64,000 bases of DNA from Catajapyx aquilonaris. Lineage: Eukaryota. This document shows, piece after piece, positions 57,462-64,000 of the stretch. Each line of letters starts with the position of its first letter. Positions within the stretch are counted from its first letter, which is position 1. The notes beneath the pieces were generated by a model that was not told the DNA's origin, did no database searches, and was given only the letters and a program-made list of their open reading frames with translations. Location of the stretch: contig KZ538378.1 of the NCBI GenBank assembly GCA_000934665.2, forward strand, positions 1 to 64,000, read 5' to 3'. The position numbers and the translations under genes are program-made.

Positions 57462-60400
57462 TTAAAATAGATAAATTGGGCAATCAGGTTCAATGCTTGC
57501 GCCATAGTTTCGTTTCCTCCGAGAGGACGTGGCCTTTATGTCGAATATTAAATATTTTGTACTCTTCAGAATAATTCAGAGTAACTACCAAGTGCCACAT
57601 ATACGTAGGTAAAAGCAAGGTAATAACGCCGAGTACGATGGCATTTTTCTTAGGCACGCGTGTAATTACAGGAAGTCAACAATGAGCGTGAGCACACCCG
57701 GAATAGGGTGAAGATCCATAAGAAAGCTTCGGGCTCCTTATATTTTCACTCGACCATTTTTTGAGAGAGGGCATTTTCTTTTTCTTCTGGCTGTGGACTC
57801 TCCACTTACTTACACCGATCCCGAATTGAAAGGGGCGTCGCAAGCAAGCCGAAGAAAAGAGGAGAGAAGGCCCCCCGCCATCCTTCTGATCCGGTTTCCA
57901 CAAAGTGCCTGGACTGACGTTTACTTTCATACTCGGACATTTTCAATATTTGCGGATGCAGTTGGGACCGACGGACCGGATACCTACCCGTCCCCTCGCC
58001 TGTTTGCTCCGGATTTCTTATCTCGGACCAGATTAGCCTGGAGGAAAAGCGGGGATTTCATCTTTGATCCCCCTCCTCCCCAGTCCTATCCACAAATCCT
58101 ATCCGTCCAGCTGATTTGAACAATACTCGTTTCAGCGGCTGAAGATGGGGCGGCACAAACGATCTTGTGTAGTCTAATTGCCAGAAGGCTTTTCATCCCA
58201 CCGAAGGCTAATTAGGATACCATGTCTCCGTTAGTTGCGCTCTATGCCTACCTTGCCATCCAAGCAAACAGTGGCTGGAGGGTCGAGAACTCAGAGAGAG
58301 AGAGCGAAAAAGTAGCTAAAAAAGAGAAGGAAAATGCCCATTTCCCTTGGAAAAATAAGCCAGGACCGAAGGGAGGGGTAGTGTGGAAAAGGGTAGGGTT
58401 AGATCTCTCCCAAAACCCCTAGCTACTAATGACTAGGCCTAGGAGTTTCGTGGGGGGGAAAGTTGGATGGGTAAACTAGAGTGGAGAGGCCCAAAAACGA
58501 GGTTGTTTACTGGGCGAGGAGCACGAGTCGAAGTAATTAGTGGAGGGCGTGGAAATTGGTGACCAACAGGGTAGACTTGTGGTGCTTCAGGCTACAAGAG
58601 AGGGGAGGTATAGAGAGGTGGTTGGTATTCGGCTCTTTGGGAGGGGGAACTCGGCTGGGGTGGAAAATATATAGGGCAAAAATTTCTCGAATTTTTGTCA
58701 TGGATGGTGGTGCAATTGAAATTGTTATTGGCTGAATCTGATTTTTGGGGGGGGAATGGTTTAACCTGCCCAGCATTGTTGTCAAGTGAACCGATTTACA
58801 GTAACGTGCCTGCAAATTAGTGTTTAGTTGACTGTTTGTATAAACAATAGTTTCTCTGTGTTGCTGAGAGTCCCCTGCCGTGCGATGGTGCAATAAAATC
58901 TGAGCCTTATTTAGTAGGAAGAGGGTAGGTGAACCGAGAAGCGTTTTTGTTATCGCAATTACAGCAAGGGACGGAAAGAAGAACATCCGGGGGACGTGAG
59001 ATTTTGCATCTTAATGACTTGTTGTCTTCGGAATAGTTTGGCCCTGGAGACGAGTCTGGGAAAGGCGACGGGGTAGAAGAACAGGCAATTACTGGGTGGG
59101 TGAGGGGGGGGGGGNGGGCCCAAACAAGAGACGCCACCTCATTTGCTGCCCATGCTAATTAGTGATCGGAGCCAACGGGGCCAGAGATTGAGAAATAACA
59201 TGCGCGCAGCTTCTAGCTAGCTAGGGAGGGGGAGGGAAGAGACTTCAGGGAAACAATTTCCTCGCTGACTGGTGCCCTCCTCCAATTTCCTTCCTTTATG
59301 TAGACTAGCAGATTAGGAGCTGCGATGAGATGTGGGGGAGGTTAGGTGGATGGGGGGTAGGGGGATGTAGCTAGACTCAATCAGGAATCAGCAGTTCCGC
59401 CTCTATTCTCTGCAAGGGAAATATTCAATCTGACTGGAAAATCAGTTGTAGTGCGGGGGGAATCGGCTGAATATTTTGTGGTTCCTTTTGAGCCTGGAAG
59501 TGATACATTAATTGTGTTAAACAGTTTTTTTAGTACGAGCTTTCCATAGTCGGTGACAGATCCGCAATCTACAGTATATTAATAATAAAAGCATGGAAGC
59601 TTATCACCCGTGTGCTGACCTACTGTCATTTTGTTTAAGTAATATTTTCATGCACGAGAACTTCCGAATGGAAATTTCTGATAGGAATTTCTAATAGGGG
59701 ATGGGGTGAGGGGCAGATTTTACCCAATTCAATTTTTTTTCATCATCGCTCTGGTGACAATCTGCTGCATTCAGATGAAGAGGGGAGGGGGGGGGAGAGA
59801 GAGAAATGTGGTGTTTACCCCCATCCAATGACGCTTGAATCACCTAAGTGTGAAACATGTAGTGAATGTTCGATCAGGATTCCAAGGCACGAGTCTGTTG
59901 TCGGTTGTCAGGGAGAAAGAGAGGTAGGAGGGGTGTGAAAATAATAATTCTGATGAGGTCTGAGCACTTAATGATGTTTTCGTCCTTGGGCCAGCAAGTG
60001 TCGGAAGAGCGTCTGGAATAACGAAAAGAGCCCTTCCCCACGTTTAACTCAATTTGGGACAATTGGCTTCTGTTTTGTACGTGACAGCCTTGCTTTTCTT
60101 GTCTTCTTCTCTCTTCCTTATATTGCACTAGATACAGACTTATATCGCTGAGGGTTGCGTCATTCCCGGACCATTCATGCTGGTGTAGGGTGTAATATTA
60201 TTTGTTGCGTAATGTCACGTCTCCCTTCATCTGATGCACGGCACCTAATGCACCGTGCCCACATCCTAACCAGAAATTATCAGGTGCGAATATCAGGCTT
60301 AATATGCGACGCCTTTGCGTGCCTTTTCTACTTTTTTATCCCCCCCCTCCACCTTTCCCTCTCCCCTCCTGCAACATGACGCTAATGTGAAGGGAAGGCA

Positions 60401-63400
60401 ACGAAAGGGGCGTGTCGGTGACTTTTTGATCTTCCGGTTGTCAGTCCTGGTGTAATTGGCCGCGATGCAAGTTGCGAGCGACGCCTTCCTTCACTCGCAT
60501 ATATAGCATACAAGCTGCCCACTTCAAAGTATGGAACCACCTGAAAACTGAAGAGAGTGCAAGGTACCAATACCTGGTGTAATAACTACTTTTTCAGGGT
60601 CGTGCACAATGGATGCGAGTGATTAAATTTGGTTAGGAGCCTCGTGTTGCCTTTCCACCAAAAAAAGGAGAGGCAGAATCCGTGGTGCAGAGGCTTAGTT
60701 GGCAGAGAGTTGAACAGAAATCCCCTTGTAGGCGCAGCAAACCCCCAATCTTATTCAACTTTTCCCCTGGATTTTGAAGACGGAGCTGAAGGAGTAGAAG
60801 GTCTTGGAAGAAGAAGAAGAAGGGGGAGAAAAAAGGTTTCTCTGGGAAATAATGAAATTCTAGTCTCGAGTAATCTGAGCACTCATTACGGGATGAAAAC
60901 CGTCCATTCCGCATCGTGGCCCCAAATCCGGAGATTCAGTAAAGTTTTGTTCTTTTCTATCCCACCTCCCTTTTCCTCCGCCTTGAACAAAATGGCTCAA
61001 CTCTTTGGATTTCCCAAGCCTTTTGTACTGGGGTGGTCACGGAGGTAACGGGGAATTAGTCTGCATTGATTTTTGAGGGTTCAAAGGTCGTCTGTAATGT
61101 CAAAGACCGAACAGCCCAGGTGTCATTTTTCAACCAAGGCCATCGATGGTCTGTAGAACAGTGCTGGATATTTTTAAAAAAAGACTACATTACAACGTGT
61201 AAGTGCACCAAACTCCGGACCAGCCCCACAGTATGTGCAATAAAGCGGTCGAGTTGCATTTGGCGGCAATCACTGCAATTATGCTTATCACTGCACCACC
61301 GGAGAGACTTCATTACACAATCAGTTTCCGTGATCGAATTTTCTGGCCAAATGGCGCCGCTCGTTTTTCGTGCACGCCAGTTCTCTCTCTCTCTCTCTCT
61401 TTTTTAGTGAGTGAGTGTATGTTCGCGGGCTGTGGGGGGGAAACATACTCTTGGAGTAAAACGAATTTGGGCTCCATGTTGATCCCTTCGTTTTCCGCCT
61501 GCTGTTGAAGAGAGAGTCCCGTGAGAACCGCACCTCCTCGTCTCCGAAATGTCTCCTTTCAGCCAAAATTGGACGAACTAATTACTTTGAAACCTCACCG
61601 ACCTGATGCACTTATAGCATGATTCGTTTCGCTTCCCTCACCACAGCCATTTTTTTTTGGTTTTGTTCCACGTTGCCTTGTACATTTTGTTGTTGTTGTT
61701 GTGCATCTCCAGCGCCTTTTCGAAAAAGCTTGGGAGACTTCGAGTGCTCACGTGGTGAGTGCCAATCTTTCGTAATGGAAAATCCTTCGCCTCTACAAAT
61801 GATATAGAACCATAATATTAGAGATGTTTGCCAGGTCTCTTTGTTTGGACGACGAAATGAGAATTCTTCTTTTTCTCGTGGAGAAAGAGCGAGTATGAGA
61901 AAAAAAATGTAGTGGAAAGCGAAATGACCGCCTTCTCTCTCGCTCTTCATACTTAATCACTTTAGCGGGGAAAAGGATCTCCAAGAGAAAGGGTCAATAT
62001 TAGACAATCTGTCACATCTAGTTCTCGCAGAAAATTTGAAGAAGGGATTTTTGTGCCCACAAATTGCAATATGGGCGCTGAGTGAGTGGTTTTATTGCTT
62101 TCCAGGTAGCATTTAGTTAGGGAAACAATTCTGGCAAGCCACTGCCTCTTTCAGTTTCACTTTCGCCTTCAAACGAATTTTCCTGAGCAATTTGTGGGTA
62201 TGCAGCACTGTACGCGACACCGCAAATGAGCTCGGATTCAAGTCGTAGTGTCTGTAATTCAAAAGGGGAAATATTTGCACCCCTTTGCAAAATAAGCTTG
62301 GTTTGTTTCAAGACGAAATTGTTCAGTTTCAAGCCGACGATGAAGCAACAGCTTTTGGATAGTGATTGCACCCTCAAGGCGCAACATTGTAATTGATTAA
62401 TCCTCCCATTAAAGTTCTTACCTTATTTTTTCCCCCATACCGAGCTTGCTAAAACCGCAGCCTTTAGCTCCACAGCATTTTGATTGACAACCACGAAAAT
62501 CCGGGCTGAGATCCAGTCGGTACGTCAAATCCGGGACAAGGTCGCTAAGGAAATCAGGCTTCGACCTTCAATCCGCTACATATTAACAGGCAGGCAGAAA
62601 AAAAGTATGTAAATTTATCGGAGCAGGTGCGATTAGTGTTTTTTTTTGGTAGGGTGGGAGGGTGGGAGGGGTGGGGGGTCGAAGCTTCCCAAAACATCAC
62701 GCTTCATATGGCAAGCACCTCTCCAGCGCGTGAAATCCGTGGGATGGTTTTCACATGTTACATTACCCCCTCACCGTTCTGTGCAAATTTTGTGGCCGCT
62801 GGTGATTAGGAAGTACATTACGGATGAAAACAACGTATTACAGAAGTGTAATGAGTGTGCTGGTCGAAACCACAAAATACAAGCCAACAGACTCGGGGCA
62901 GATCACCGCACCGACGCCATTGCATTAGCGCGACTCGGATAGTTTTTGCTCTGGTTTTGTGTGTGCGAGCGAGAGAAGAGCTCTTACAGTTAAGTCCGAA
63001 TCCTGGCCCTCGCCAAATAATTATTCATGGCGACAAAGAGACGGCCCGGACAACGAACTGGGGTCAGCAGAAAATAAACAGCGGCAATTAATTTTGGCAG
63101 CGGTCCGCTTGAAAGTTCAGTAGCGACCAGGAATTTGCACAGTACACATTCGCCAACTTTGCTCCAATATGGATTGTTTGGATGTAGTGAGGCGGAAAAT
63201 GCGGCTGAAATGAGACAATTCATGCGTCAGTTGCAGGAAGTATGTGGCCTATTACATCAGCACAAGGTAAGAACGGAGATATTGCCTACAAGCATATTTT
63301 TTATCAATTAGCGCTCAAGTTTCTGAAGAGTTGCTAGCAGTATATAGGCCTAATGATGCGAATTTAGGATCATTATCGGATCATCCATTAGTGACAGTCT

Positions 63401-64000
63401 CTTGCACTGGCTTCCTGATGCGACGGACTCTCCTGCATTCCCGTGGTCTCATATTCGCCGCTTTCCACATTCGACATGCAATACTGCTGTGTATGGAGGA
63501 GGAGTTAATCGGAAAGGGTGGCGTCGACTGGAGCCAACGAAGGCAATTTTTTCCACCTGACGTGCCTCATTGGTATGTGATCATGCGTGTGTGTCGAGAC
63601 AGAAAAGAGACATTGCTGGAGCTATGTGACGAGGTTATACTAGTAGATATCCCATATATACATGAAGCATTTTTCATGCCTTTGAAGATTGGCTCCCACC
63701 GAACGGGGCCAATCTGTTCCGAAATTAAGAGTGACAAGGCACGTCCTTGTTGCTAATTTCCTCCTTTTCCTGCTACCAGTATGGTTTCTTGGCGTCCGAC
63801 AGGCGTCGTCGAAGTCGAGCAGGATGGCAAGGTGGTGCAAAAGGAAGGAAGGAATGGGGGGCCCGAGCCATTTCCTACTCCTCCACTTCCTGCCCCAGCC
63901 GTATTTTCCGAGAGAAGTAATTCAATTAAAAGTTTTCGACAAGGGCGGCCGATCAGGAGGGATTTACATAACCAACTAAGGAGAGAGATCTGGATGATGA

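Noticed and set aside
60590..60626. Possible terminal exon after the microexon (ttttcAG|GG TCG TGC ... TAA)
   Set aside because: The acceptor has only a short pyrimidine tract, and many equally good AGs exist. It cannot be chosen without transcripts.
63092..63272. Possible exon ending ...EVCGLLHQHK at AAG|GTAAGA
   Set aside because: The donor is good but there is no convincing acceptor and no recognisable protein similarity.

Overview
This is eukaryotic, most likely insect, genomic DNA from a gapped short-read assembly. The insect call rests on a degenerate (TTAGG)n tract and a tRNA-derived SINE; the species cannot be identified. No prokaryotic operon, CRISPR array or rRNA is visible, and almost all ORFs in the supplied track are spurious. 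The real coding content is the 3' half of a + strand, intron-rich membralin (TMEM259) gene, found by reading splice sites. It has five phase-compatible exons: 2105-2162, 17927-18010, 26249-26381, 37301-37400 and 45529-45963/45987, separated by 8-16 kb GT-AG introns. The 5' exons lie upstream of the window. The most interesting signal is at the 3' end. The last large exon can either read through a perfect CAG|GTGAGT donor to a stop and AATAAA, or splice to a candidate 25-nt microexon (47149-47173) preceded by UGC and TGCATG motifs. The non-coding DNA holds a complete SINE with a 17-bp target-site duplication (TSD) and three families of hairpin elements with terminal inverted repeats (TIRs): one carries telomere-like TTAGG repeats, one has two copies with compensatory arm changes, and one is piggyBac-like. 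Many GA/G-rich microsatellites are also present. I found no convincing wholly new multi-gene system.
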